From Pavona decussata (taxonomy: Eukaryota), in assembly GCA_977016875.1 (NCBI GenBank), contig CDRNST010000060.1, forward strand, positions 2,666,001 to 2,730,000: DNA of 64,000 bases, in the 5' to 3' direction. Numbering within the stretch: the stretch's first letter is position 1; the number at the start of each line of letters is the position of its first letter. Below are positions 38,801 to 51,749 of this stretch, in pieces. Made by a program: the position numbers and the translations under genes. Under the pieces are notes generated by a model. It was not told where the DNA came from, made no database searches, and saw only the letters and a list, made by a program, of their open reading frames with translations.

Positions 38801-41800
38801 AAGGCACTCATTCTGACCAATCACAACAGACGTAGACAACGTAATGAACCAATCCATCAGAAATCAAGCTCGGGAAAACGCGTGCGAGCAAGGCACGATT
38901 GGTTCTCGATTTGAGTCTCGTTGCAGGGTTCATACGGGTTGTGGAAAGCCTGGGAAGTCATGGAATTTTGCAATTTCGTTTCCCTGCCTGATAAGTCATA
39001 GATTTTAATTGTGGGTCATGGAGAGTTATTGAAAATGATGTTCATGGAAAAAATTCATCAAGAATGAATTCTTTTAGGGAATAAAAAAGGAAGAAGATGA
39101 ACAATTAAAAAAACCCGAAAAGGGACCGAGAAACAAATTATCACCCAGAAGAATATCACTGCGCATTTTAAGACTAAAATTATGCGAACGCTTTGTCATG
39201 GAAAGTTTGAACAGGTCATGGTAAGTCATGGATTTTTAAGAGCCCAAAAAAGTACAAACCCTGTCGTTTGTTGAAAATTAAAGTGGCACGAGTTTCCCTA
39301 ACCAAGACAATTGCCAAATTACTTGCTACGGTCAATTGAAAACCGCTCCATTAATGAATGAGAGGCCATTGCTGTTGATATACGTAACTTAAGCAGCTGC
39401 GGAAAGAGAGGCTGAAAAAAACTAAATGAAATAATACATGAAGAACAACATTAAATCTTTCATCCGCACTTTACATGTACGATATTTCGTACATTCACTT
39501 CCATGCATCCATCTTCCACGGATATATACAGTGTACTACGAGCATCAGCACAAATGACCATCTCCTATTTGGCTTGATAGCTCAGTTGGTTGAGCAGTGC
39601 GCGGCGTAATGAGCTCAAATCCCGACAAATTATCAAAAATATATCAGTTACTTTTCTATCGATATCAGGTATTCCGACAGTGCAATTTACCTAAATGGAT
39701 AGATGACAACAAAATACACATTTAGAATATTACTTTTAGTGAGAACTCGCAAAGTTTCTGCGGTACTCGATAAAATTGAACTGAGACGATCGAAATTTTT
39801 CTTATCCTGACAGCCAGTGGATTTGAATGCAACGGTGCAACAATCAACTTCTGCAAGAGATTTGCCTCTTCGTGGAAAGTATATCGCCTCGATTCGGATG
39901 AGTTACATTTGTCTGATTGCAAGCAAGAAAAAGGTCCTCTACCCAGCGACGACCTCTTGTTGTTTGTCAGTAGAGGAAAGCCGGACAACTATGGCAAGTA
40001 CGAGATAGTAACGGCGAAGTTGGTTACCTCAAAAACTGACAAAAAAGGGTAAGAATGTTCAATTATACTACTTTGTTAATCCAAAAATTTGCTGGAAAAT
40101 ATACATAGAGTGTATCCTACTTCCTATTTTACGGGTCAAGTAAAATCACCCTAAAAAATAGAATGGTAATTGCTTTGCCAAGAAAGTACACGAACAAAAT
40201 TTCACTTAAAGATCTTAAAGAACTTTCACTTAAAGATCGCTGTCACTTATTTTTAGTGAACCTTTGGATATCAATCAATCATAGTTGTATCAATAGAAAT
40301 ATTAAAATAATGGTTCAGTATTATTAACAATTTGCTCTACGAGTATACATAAGCTAGTATTTGTTATCTTTCGCTGCGGATGGCTTGGATGGAAATGGAT
40401 TTTTCAAGTTCTTCCTGTGAGTTCTGGAGAAATGGCTACATACAGATTTATAGTTTGCTTTTCATTCGAAAAAATCAGTTAATGCTTCCTCCCCTGTACT
40501 CTACGAACAATTTCATGTTAGAGAAAGGTTCTATGCCTTAAACATTTTAGTAGCTTTGATCAAAATAAAGCAAAAATCTCGGTGACAGTACCCTTGAAGG
40601 TAAAGGTTTACATTACGTCATACAAGTTATTACCTTAATTTTGGTGGCATCTATTCTAGGATGTCTGTTTGCCATGTTACCTTGGAGAAGCCAATCAACA
40701 TGTTTCTCGTGAGAGACCAACACACCTGTTTGATCGCCCAAACGTTTCCGTATTTTGGTAAAGTGTCCTTGCGCAACAAATGCGTCCTGACTTGTGATGG
40801 GCAAAACGATGGACTGGCAGGAATCCTGGCTTTCAGGGCAAGGAATTTAGCCATCGATCATACCTCTAAAATAGAAATGTCCGGAAAAGGTAACTTTTAA
40901 CTCACATTAACTGTTCAGACATGTTACACACCCGCACCTTTCTTTTTGGGTGGCAACTGCTTGTTTCCGGCGTGGGTGTGAGATTTTTATATTTTTATAG
41001 TGCGACGTTGTTTTTCTAAGCGTTATTCTTGATACACATTTTCAATTGAAAGGTTGTGATTTGACAAGCTTGTTTGATCATTTTATTAAAGTTTTGCTTT
41101 TCGACTTCCGACCTGCTGTAGATATGTGGGCGCACCTTAAACAGCGGCACCCAGCGAGAAAATCATTTCAGGCCCTTAATGATGTTTGTACCGTATCGAC
41201 TAGGTTTCTGGTCGTCCGCGCCCCAGACGCCCTTCCATTGCTGTCTATCCGATATCAAACCCTTGAGACCCTGTTTGGCTGCACCTGAATGTGACAAAGC
41301 GTCTTGAGAACCACAGGTGGAAGGTCCTTTACGAACTTTTGCCTGAGGTTCTGGCACTAGAACTCTGAAACCCTAACCCTACATCAAACCATGTTCGGCT
41401 ACATTTTGCGCATATTAAAAATCGCTGTGGGTTTGCGTCCACATGTATACAGCGGATTCTTGCGTATCGGAATCTTGCATAAAATGATCAAACAAAGAAA
41501 ACTTTTTTTCTCGTTGTCTCCTTTCATTCAAATCAATTCATCTATACCATCCAACCGTCCAAAGCGACCACGACTTGGGAAGCTTTTCACTAGTAAGAAG
41601 CAAAAAGATTTGCCAGCTAGCAATTNNNNNNNNNNNNNNNNNNNNNNNNNNNNNNNNNNNNNNNNNNNNNNNNNNNNNNNNNNNNNNNNNNNNNNNNNNN
41701 NNNNNNNNNNNNNNNNNNNNNNNNNNNNNNNNNNNNNNNNNNNNNNNNNNNNNNNNNNNNNNNATTTTTACCCCTCCTTCCAGTCAACTATTGGAGCTTC

Positions 41801-44800
41801 TACAGCTCTTTTAATTGTCAAGAGATAACTAATCCCCTGATATGAAGTTTGAAGTTTGAAGTTTATTTGCCTTTCTTTCTAATGCTTGTGTAGTAGCTTA
41901 CCGTTCTGTTTTTGTAACTTCTCAATTCCTTTCAGGATATCGTGGGGGTGCTGGAGGAGACAATCGAGGGGGAGGGGGTCACGGCGGCGAAACGTTCTTT
42001 TGTCCTGCAAAGGAACCAAATATGGGCAAAGGAGGAGACATTTCGGTCGCCTCATGGACAACGAGCAAAAATGGAATCGGAGGGGGAGGGGCTGGGGATG
42101 GACCTACTTCGCACAAAGGTATAAGCTGTATTAACAATGGTAGCGAAACTACAACAAAAATATTTTCAAATTGTTCTGTATTGTCGTTTGTTTTAAATAG
42201 CACAATGCATATCAGAGTCAAGAAATTACCTGAGCTGAAGTACAAAAGTTGAGACAGGTAGAATAATTTTGGCGCTCTCCTGAGAAAAAAAAAGATACGA
42301 AATAGGCGTATGCTAATCCGGCCACCCCGTCATAATTCACTTCTATAAGGTTGTGGTTAATTCATGTATTTTAAAAATTTACTTAAACCTTCCAAAAAGA
42401 TACTAAATATGTTTTGATAACTTTGATTTAAGAAGAAAAAGATCAACCTATAGAATGACCAAGACTCGGGTTTCTTTCGGAAATGCCATTGTTTTTTAGT
42501 CCTGTGATCTTTTCCTTAAATGAAAAACTGATACTAACACTAGCACGCCATCATTTTAGGCTCCAAAGGAGGCCCTGGAGGCTACAACGCTGGGGGAGGA
42601 GGAGCAGACTCTACTCAAAACGGTGACGATGGAGCAGCTGGTGGAGGAGGTGGCGGACATTTCTCTGGCGGTGGGGGAGGTGGTGGGGGAAGCGGTTGCA
42701 GAGGGCAAGAAGGCGGGCATGGAGGAAAGGCTGGAAAAGTACTCTTTACTTGCTCTCATGCTCTTTTAACGTTATTTAGATCTTTTTAATGAGTCCTTCC
42801 GTTTTTCAATATGAGCTATAAATCACAACAAATAACATTAGGACACAACTGACCAATCTGAATCACGGCAACTGTGTTACACCATTCATTGAAATCTCAA
42901 TCTCTCTTTGGTTGCTTATCAGATTGGAACATACGCTGGGGGTGGTGGCGAGTCCAATTGTCGGGGTGGTAATGGAGGCGATGGCGGAAAACCAGGAAGC
43001 TATCCTGTTAACAAAGGTCCATATTGTTATGACAAAACTGCACAAGGAGGGAATGCGGGCTCAGCTAAAAGGGGTGGTGGAGGAGGTACCAGATATATAA
43101 TTCGTAACAACGTATTGATTTAGTTAACAATAAGAGACTGACGTCTCGGTCTCTTGCTAACACCCATGTATAAAAGGAGAGGGAGACAGTAAACGGTCTT
43201 TTTGATTAAAGTACAGTTATAGCTAACATTACAATCTTTATGCAATATGAATATTCCAAATATCTTTTCAAATAAAACAAGAGGATGGGTGGTAAAAAAC
43301 GGTATCATCCTCAGAATTTTCATTCACTATCCAGTTTCGAGACAGGCTGGAACTCAGTGCAAATGATGAATTAACTCTACAGTGTATGTTAAAGTGCTCT
43401 AAAGTGAAGCCATGAATTTCCTACTGAGCGTTAGCCCTAGTAAGGAAATGGGAGATCGCACGATCGCCTCGTGCGAACTTCCATTTCCTTACCAGAGCTA
43501 AGTTAACTCTCTGATCCGTCATTTGCGTCCTTAGTGCTAACAACACAAAATTCATTTGAAAGTTAGTGTAATTGACGTGAATTCAATTGTTTATTCAGTG
43601 TTTATCTTATTTTTTAAGGCGATTCTTGTGGCAATCACTACGGCGGTGGAGGAGGAGGAGGTAGCAGTTATTTCTTAATGGAGGAAGCTTTCCTAGATTT
43701 ATTAAAGGCACACCATCGGACATTTTAACGGCTAACTATTCAAGACTGAAGAGGTTCAAAACAAATACAGTCAACTCTTGCCTTGCGGACACCTCGCTAT
43801 TACCGACACCCCGATAATACAGACAGAAGCTAAATCCAGGGGAAAAATAGAGTACAGACATTTGACTAAAATAAATTCCCGCTATTAATATTACGGACTT
43901 TCGCCATTAAGGACACTAACTCGCGGTCTCGATGGTGTCCGCAATAAAGGGAGTTACTTTATCATGTTTATCATAAATTATACCCGTGACATAGGGCAAT
44001 ATTTGGCTGAAGGTTTGACCAATTTTCTCTTATAATTTCCTTTGATAGGAAAGAATTAATATATTGAAAAAAGGATCTAGTCATCAATATTATTTCTTTG
44101 TTACGTTTTTCCCCCGCTTTACCTTTTCTCACGGTCAGTTATCTTTTCAAGGTTTTCAAATGATCCAAAACTGTGTCATGAGTCCTGCAGCTCTCATTGA
44201 TTAGTAATCGAAGTTTTGCCTTTTATGTCCAAATTAGCTGAGGTGTAAATGTAAGCGCCAAGAAAATTGGTGATTGGTGAGTCATGAATGCGTTTTTGTG
44301 TTATTACAAATGACAATCTAACCTACCTGTTTGGCCATGCCATGGAAAGCTCACTCACACTTAATCAGCAAATAGGTGACGCATCCAGCTTGACTGTCAT
44401 AACTCTGACATTGATATATTGCTGTTCATAATCCATCGATTCGGGATGGTGTGCCTTTGAAAAATCCAGGTAAGGTCGGTAGGCATCCTTAAAAGTTGTG
44501 CTTATTTTAAACTTCTTTTCAACTCGTGAATGCGCGCAGGCGCAATAAACGAGTTATAGCGATAGCTGACAATCTCGTTCCCAGAGGCTACGTTCCTTTT
44601 GGTCAGCATTAAGGAAGCAAGACCTCTGGGCTAATCAATGTCAAAATCCAGCAAATCGAAATCTGATTGGATATTACATCTTACCGGAAGCGTCTTTGAA
44701 TCGGAGGTTTTAAAACAAGAAAAGAAATAGACTGTCAAAGATATCAAAACAAAAACCGCCATAGAATCAAAATGCAACTAAATTTTCATGCGCTCCTTAT

Positions 44801-47800
44801 TTTTTGCAGTGAGTAAACACGAAAAAGATAACAAGTCAAATCACATGACTAAACGGAAACGGCGCGAAAACCTTTGCGATATGTTGCAGCGTTTGACAAA
44901 GCTGGATGACAGTTGACACGCTTGCGCCGGTCGAGTTAACGATGGACCTCACAACTTTCGGAAAAACTCCTCTAATTATCGACTCTGAAATGTGGTTCAT
45001 AGTCAATGCTGGCTGTTTAAAATCGTTCTCAACATTGTCTAAGCAGATAAGAGTTTAACAGCCTTGCTCGTGCTGTTGAAGGAGCTGAAAGAAGCAAATT
45101 CGAAATCCATTCGCAACACAGAGTCTGCGAGTTGATCTGACTAAAGCAGAATTTATTGAAGAGTACTTTGTTGAACAGGAACAGATATTCTATCAGCAGC
45201 CCAGCAGAAACATAATTAAACTTGAACAAGGAAAACCAACGGCCTTTGTTACCACTGCGTTAAAAGCGGAGTATTCAAGAATGTGTGGCCCAAAAAGTTG
45301 TTCAGAAAGCAGACGGACAGAATAGAATGGAATAGCGATCGTGGTCACTCTTTACACAACAGTTCATTTGCGAGCTTTGTAAGTTTGCAGCTTATAGGAC
45401 TGGTAAACCACATCGAGAGCAGGTAAAATATATTTTTTTTCAGGGTGAGTTTCTTAAGCTTGCACTGAGTGTGCGAATTGAAAAAAAAATTGCAGCCCTC
45501 GATCTTTCTGATAAGCTTAGATTTTCAAGTTGCTGGTTATTTCGGTTGACTCTTTTACAGATTTGTGTCTTGTTATTAAATATACTTCTGCCATTTTATT
45601 GTATTTATTCTGGGATCATGGTATCTAGGTAAGCAAAAGCTGATCTTGTGAAATCTATCGTTTGTAAATTTTACAGCGGAAAAAATTAAGCTTACGTTTG
45701 TAAACATTTGTTGGTATTTGTCGTCGACGACAATCAGGTTAGGAACGATATCTTGCTGAAGTTTCTCGAATGTTGTTTGAAAATCTTTACCCGGTTTTAG
45801 TTAATTAGGTTAAAGCTTATATAACCTCCGACCTGGCTCTATTTTCGTTTCACTATTAACTTTACCGTGGTGCCATGAAAAAACTTGGCTATCTCATACT
45901 GTGTAGGCTGCGTATATTCACCCCCACCCCAGTGTTAAAAACCTACATTTTACAGGCGAAAAACAAGCTTAATTTAACTCCAAATGAGTAAAATACAACA
46001 AAGGTTTCTAATCGCCATAACATAACCTATATATGTTTTTTTGCCCCTGCCTATGGAAAACGTTTGGTTTTCTAAAACAACCCGACAATGTGCAAAATTA
46101 ATTTGTCGCGGTTGAGAGAAGCAAATGGCCGACAAACCCAGATTTTACGCAGCCTTTGTTTTGGTTGTTTTGTTATTAAGGACGTCTCACGTGAATAACA
46201 ATCACTGACAAACGGGAGGAATGGAGGTTGTCACCTTTTTCACTCGTTTTCTTGGCCTTTGATGTTTTTTACCAGAGGCTGTCTTCCTCTCGGTCAGCAG
46301 TATCCCCCTTTACACCGGAAGCAGGATCCTTGCTTCCGGTTTCTGATTAGCCCAGAGCTCGTGGACGTGTGGCCACCGTTGGCCTAAAACGCGCGCGGGC
46401 TCTGGGGACGAGATTGGATAGCTGACTGTTGACTTGGTTGGTTGGTCGGTTCTGTCGTTAACTTTCGGGCGTGCGCAGTAAATGAGTTTTAAATTCAATT
46501 AGTGGAAAAAACACGCGAACATTTTTTGTTCACACACTAAAAATTAAAGTGTATTATTACACCAAAAAAAGTGTAAAATCCTTGCCAGCCCCGGCAGCCT
46601 TTTTTGGTGTGTATTATTACACACAGTCCAACAGTGTAGTTTAACACTTAAAGGGATTGTATAATTACACTCAAAATGGTGTAATAAGGGTGTTATACTA
46701 CTTTGCAAGGTGTAAAATTACACATCAAAGTAGTGTAATGAAAGCGAGAAAGAAGGGTAATATTACACCAAATAATGGTGTGCTGACGTTGCCAGCATCG
46801 GTAGACGTTTTTTGATTCGTAATTCTATACGTAAATCACAATGTAAAATTACACACCAAGTGGTCGTAATTTTCCCCTGAATTAAGTGTAATCGTTGCAG
46901 TTTACAACCATATTATGTGTAAAATTACACAAGCGCCTGGTAAACCTTTGCAGTGCTGGCTACGACGTATTATAGCGTTGATTTACACCTTACGCCTTGT
47001 GTAAAATTACTCTGATTCATGGACTATAAAACAAAACAAAAACAAAAAAGAAAGGAAAAAGAAAAAAAAAAAACAACAGAAGCTTGGTCTTGAATCACCA
47101 GAATTTTTCTTCTTCTTTAATTTCTGAGCGTACATGTATGACTAATTATATCTCTTAACTGATTAAAATTGTTCCAGCAATAACGACAAGACCGAAGGAA
47201 CAAGATGATTAAAAATTTTCAAATCTATAAGGCATTTTCAAAATTCTTTATAGAAGACATTTCTATACGCGCCGCACACTTCAGTGCTAAATAACCTTGT
47301 TAGCATTCAACCAGATATTTTGAAACATTAAGTACATGCAACTCATTAGCCGTACTTTATTCACCTTTACTTGACAATCACAAAGCAGGCAAAGAAGCTG
47401 GGAAGGAAAAAACCCTACGAAACGTGGCTTTGTTCATGTTGAAAACAAGAGAATGTAACAAATTGAGCCAGGCTGCAAGTGTAACCGTTTTTTTCGCTTA
47501 ATTTTTCCTTACCCTTATTCTTGTTAGTTTTGTAACCAAAAAATTTAGTGTGAACTTCTAGGTATTTTCCCCCTTGTGTAAACCAGACTTCAGTGGTTTG
47601 GTGTTCTATTTAACAGTTTTAAGACTGGCATAACATGTTCAAAAAATTATGTCAGAATCTGTGTTATTTTACACTTTGGGAGAATAAAACTACCCTCACA
47701 GAACTGTAAATTTACCCTGCTATTGGTGTAAAAGTAAACTTCAGATTTGTGTATTGTGTTACAATTTAAAATAAGTGTAAAAATACACTTTACACTGTGT

Positions 47801-50800
47801 ATTATTCCCAAAAAAATACATATGTTTTTTTACACTGAAACGTGGTGTAAAATTACCCAAGAACTGGTGTAACATTACATTGTAATTTTAGTGTAACAGT
47901 TAACACTAAAAAGAAGTGTAATTTTACATTTTCCCCTTTGTAATAAAACACTTTAATTTTTAGTGTGCACGGCGCATTAGGATATTCTTATTCAATATGT
48001 AGAGAATAATTTGACGATCATTTAGTGCAAGAATGGAGATTTTTCGTTAAATCTGAGCAAAGTTACAAGTGTTTTCAGTTTTTCAGAAAGTCCGGGGTCG
48101 TAAACTCAATTAGTGAAAAAAAAAGTGAAATTTTTTTCACGACGCATCAGAATTCTCTTATTCATTCTGTAGAGAATAACTTGACAATCATTTTAGTGTA
48201 AGAATGGAGATTTTTCGTTGAATCTGAGCAAAGTTATAGGTTTTCCGTTTTTTTCCACAAAGTGCAGCGTCTTCTAAGTTAAAAATAATTTAATTCAGAA
48301 ATAATTTAATTAAAAAATAATTTAATTTAAAAGTAATTGTCGGCATGGACTTTGAATAAACAAGACGCTTTTTAGAGCTTTTACCTTTAGCGCTAGTGGC
48401 CTTATTTATTGTAGGCCTCACCGATTTTTTTTAACCTGTCCTCCCTTCGCGATTGAAATAACTGAATCGTTTTAGTCAGAAAGAATGCGTGATATTGCGT
48501 TGCGCAACTTGAAATTTTGCCGCCAGAAAATGTCTTCAGCTGAAAGAAGCACTCTTATTAACTGAAAAGTTCACTGCTAATCATAACTTTTAGCATACAT
48601 GAAAACTCGACATCTTACATCATATTCTTCCTTCTCATACAAAAGTACTACATCAAGTAGATTAGTTTGCTAAAAAAAACTAGTTTTGCTGTCAGTTTTC
48701 ACGCGAAAGCGGAACGTGCTATGTCACGCATCAGTGACGTCGTAAACAAAATTATGCAAATTTCTGGTGAAATAAACACTTTAAGATCTTGTCAGCTTTC
48801 ATAGAGGTTTCAAAGGGAAAAAATGTTTCATTTTCGCAATTTACAACTGGTAATTTATGGGAAAGCAACGCGGTCGATAAATAATTCTTATTTAGCAAGA
48901 GCTTGTCATATTTCATTATTTTTATTTGAGGATTGCGGGCACTGAACTCCAAAGGAAAAATTTCACGCATTTATGTTGGGCATGAAATGTAATGCGATAC
49001 TTTGTTGAACAGATTTCCCTTTGTGAGATCGGCTTGAAAAACACAAATCTACCTGGAATTTAAAAAAAATTTTGCCCTACAGTAATTTTGTAATTTTAAT
49101 TCCCAAAAAAACTTCACTTGACCATCGGGCAAGTGATGGTCAGAATCCACCAGCCCGATCGCAAAATCCAGTAGCCCCGGACTATCGGACACAAATTTGC
49201 ATGACGTAGCTGCACATGGCGCGCTTCTATGAACTTTGAATAAAAAAACACGTGATTTTTTTCAATTTTCTTATTCAATCTGTAGAGAATAATTTGACAA
49301 TCATTTTTATAGTACAAGAATGGTTATTTTTCGTTACATAATCGGGCAAAGATATAATTTCTTTTAGCTTTCAAGGAAGTTTCCGTAGCCGTCTAAATTT
49401 CAATTACTGATGTGTCATCTGCCTTCACGAGTTGGCTCTCAGGAGCCTTTGATTTATATGATGGTCGATTTATTACTAGCAAAAAACCCCATAATATCAG
49501 GCGAAAGTCTTTCAATAAGATGTAACTGTTTTGCTATAGGTGGACTGCAATTCGGCAGCACTGCATTTGAGTCACGCCTCAGTTACGGTGGGGGTGGTGG
49601 TGGAGGCGGAGGTAGCGCTATGAGCGACGACCGCAACCCAGGGGGGAGAGGAGGAAATGGAGGCGGTTTGGTGTATTTGCAGATCGACGAACTGTCGCTG
49701 AATGGAAAGATTCTAGCAGGAGGTGAGATTATATTTAAGATTCCAGTCTATATGGTTGTTTGTATCGGGGTATGGCCATTAACCAAGGATCATTCACTCT
49801 GAGCATTGAGCATGCGTACAGGCGTTCGAATCAAATACCTTCCCACCCACTAGGTAAAGATGCGGGAAACAAAAGATCCTTGGAGCAGGAAATTCAGTAG
49901 GTTATTTTGTAACTGACGATGCTTCTAATAACCGCCGAAACATATTTTCCAAACTAAAAAAGCGTTGTTTATTTCCTTAAACTGTTTCTACCTCTACATT
50001 TGGTGATACCGACAACATACCGAGCTTTTTCTGAAATCCAGCTTCAATGCGCCAGTAATGAAGAATTCTAGCATAAAATGTAATACTCTCCTTACGATCA
50101 ATACACAGATAATAATCTCAAATAATTCTCATTCTAGTTTTCTTTCCTCTGACCAGGTCAAGCTGGCCAGTGTTTGAACAGAAAGGCTCATAGATCTGCC
50201 CCTGGGGGAAGCGGTGCTGGTGGGAGTGTGGTCATTATAACCAAGAAACTCCACGGAAATCCCAGGGGTAAAATCTCCACCTCCGGAGGGAGCCCCGTAA
50301 AATGTGCGCTCGGCACTGGCGGAGGTAAGCTCTATTTGGTAATAATATTAATGTGTTAGTCCTATAATTATGTCACTTCGGTAATTCATGCCGTAGAAGA
50401 CTGTGAGAAAACTCAGTGATATTCAGTGGACTTCAATTAACATTTCTCTGCCGAATTTTTTTTCTTAGCTTATAAAATGGGGTCCTTATGTAATTATGAC
50501 GCATATGCCCAATTACAATTTAATTAACGAGATCTCGAGCAAAGGAAATCTCAACCATGCAGTAATATAATATAGCTTTCAACTATCAGGGTAGACAAAC
50601 TTTTAGCCGTTATCCGACTAACTAATCAGGTGACAAGCATAACACCGCTCAAATGTTAACCATCACTCTGATAGCGAAAGTAATTTTTACTGTAAACCAT
50701 TTCGCTTAAAAGGGCAAAAACGCCAATAATGACCAAATTCTTTTTCTCTTCAGGCGGAGGCGGTGGTGTTGGACGCTGGGTTGTGAAAGAAGGTCAAACC

Positions 50801-50815
50801 ATCCACCAGGGCTGA
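35892..50815 (+). CDS. Secreted glycine-rich, Cys-containing protein, copy 1 (11 exons, 515 aa)
   Basis: Exons 35892-35948, 38658-38703, 39814-40048, 40660-40889, 41936-42118, 42560-42738, 42923-43085, 43619-43660, 49540-49722, 50157-50324, 50754-50815. All introns GT-AG, 1548 nt with no stop. Signal-peptide-like MKLHHFCLLLMWGICQQLWVVQG. AATAAA at 50922-50927. Exon lengths 1-9 are identical in copy 2. Confidence 0.88.
36627..37824. mobile_element. TA-flanked TIR element specific to copy 1, with a nested hairpin MITE at ~37100-37367
   Basis: CCTTTTTACATGAAATTTTGGCGACACT / AGTGTCGCCAAAATTTCATGTAACAAGG with TA on both sides; absent at the equivalent site in copy 2 (~54655). Confidence 0.85.
38045..38277 (-). 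mobile_element. LINE (CR1/L2-like) 3' end, copy-1 specific
   Basis: Minus strand encodes VVEAGSFQHFKCKLK, then AATAAA and a (TATG)n tail; absent in copy 2. Confidence 0.6.
41626..41763. other. Assembly gap (138 N)
   Basis: N run inside intron 4 of copy 1. Confidence 1.
44570..46416. mobile_element. Nested TIR element with 9-bp TSD
   Basis: CAATCTCGTTCCCAGAG / CTCTGGGGACGAGATTG; GATAGCTGA at 44561-44569 and 46417-46425. Confidence 0.88.
46533..47967. mobile_element. Nested CACTA/EnSpm-like element, 2-bp TSD
   Basis: CACACTAAAAATTAAAGTGT / ACACTTTAATTTTTAGTGTG; CA on both flanks; many subterminal TGTAA/TTACAC motifs. Confidence 0.82.
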
Positions 50816-51131
50816 AACCCAGAAAAGCTCAACTGAGCAGGAGCAGCAAGTTTTAGTTTGTAGCTGTTAGCTCCTCGTGTGTGGGTATCGCTTGTCCAAG
50901 GACGCAGTATCTGCCTGATAGAATAAAGGAGGATGCTTAACTCATCAAATAACTGACTTGTCTCTTGTTAATTTTAAAAATGACTCGGTTGGTGGGGGGG
51001 GGGGGGGGGAGGCGGGGGGATTTGATATGTTCGATCAGTGTTAATTGGCAACCAATTTTTGACAGACAGTTTTTTTGCAGAAAATGGAAAATCTTTTTTT
51101 AAAATAAAGAAAATTACTTTTCTTACTTTAA

Positions 51132-51749
51132 GGTGACTCCATACAGTAATTTGGCGCCCGGCGACTGGGTACTAAAATGGAGTGAGCGCGCGCAGTTTTC
51201 TAACTGATGCATGAATTTTCATTATGCTGGCGCGCGAAACAAGGCCAGTTTTAGCCTGAATGAAAAGTAAGGATATCTTGAGGGGGTTTTCAACGGTGAA
51301 TGTTCTAAAATTTGGCTCAATGTTAGGATTTTGCTGGTATTTGTACTCCAAAAAATCTTAGGGAGAATTGTAAACGGACAACTGCAATAAATAGTTAAAA
51401 CGAAAATTGCAGAAATTGACCAAACGTATGTACAGAATATGACTTAACGAGGAGATACTTTGGAGTTTCTTTGTTCTTTACACAAAAAATAGCGAAATTT
51501 TACCTTGCGAATTTTGGACAAACCCGTCTTGAAACTAGCTAAGAGTAAAGGAATCAACAGATGTGTCATCCACAGGCTGCCATGAAAACAGGGTCCACGA
51601 GTTGAAACGGTGTTTTTAGCAAAGCAAAAGGACGTAGGTACTCGGACCTATGTTTGAACCCAGATACTTTAACACGTTGAAGGAACCAGAACATCAAAAA
51701 ATATATATATCACTACCAGCAAAAACTGAAGAAATGGTATAGAGCCACC
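51132..51749. mobile_element. TTAA-flanked MITE (Kolobok-like)
   Basis: GGTGACTCCATAC / GTATAGAGCCACC inverted ends; TTAA at 51128-51131 and 51750-51753. Confidence 0.8.

Larger units (their letters stand above)
44520..49457 (+). mobile_element. Helentron/Helitron2-like non-autonomous element in intron 8 of copy 1, with two nested elements
   Basis: Absent in copy 2. Asymmetric inverted repeat CAACTCGTGAA (44520-44530) / TTCACGAGTTG (49424-49434), followed by hairpin GGCTC-TCAG-GAGCC and a T-rich end. No TSD seen; internal ~170-bp repeats. Confidence 0.6.

Noticed and set aside
35892-50815. Calling the Gly-rich gene ALK/LTK, loricrin, keratin or collagen
   Set aside because: No TM, kinase or Gly-X-Y repeat; such hits would reflect low complexity only.
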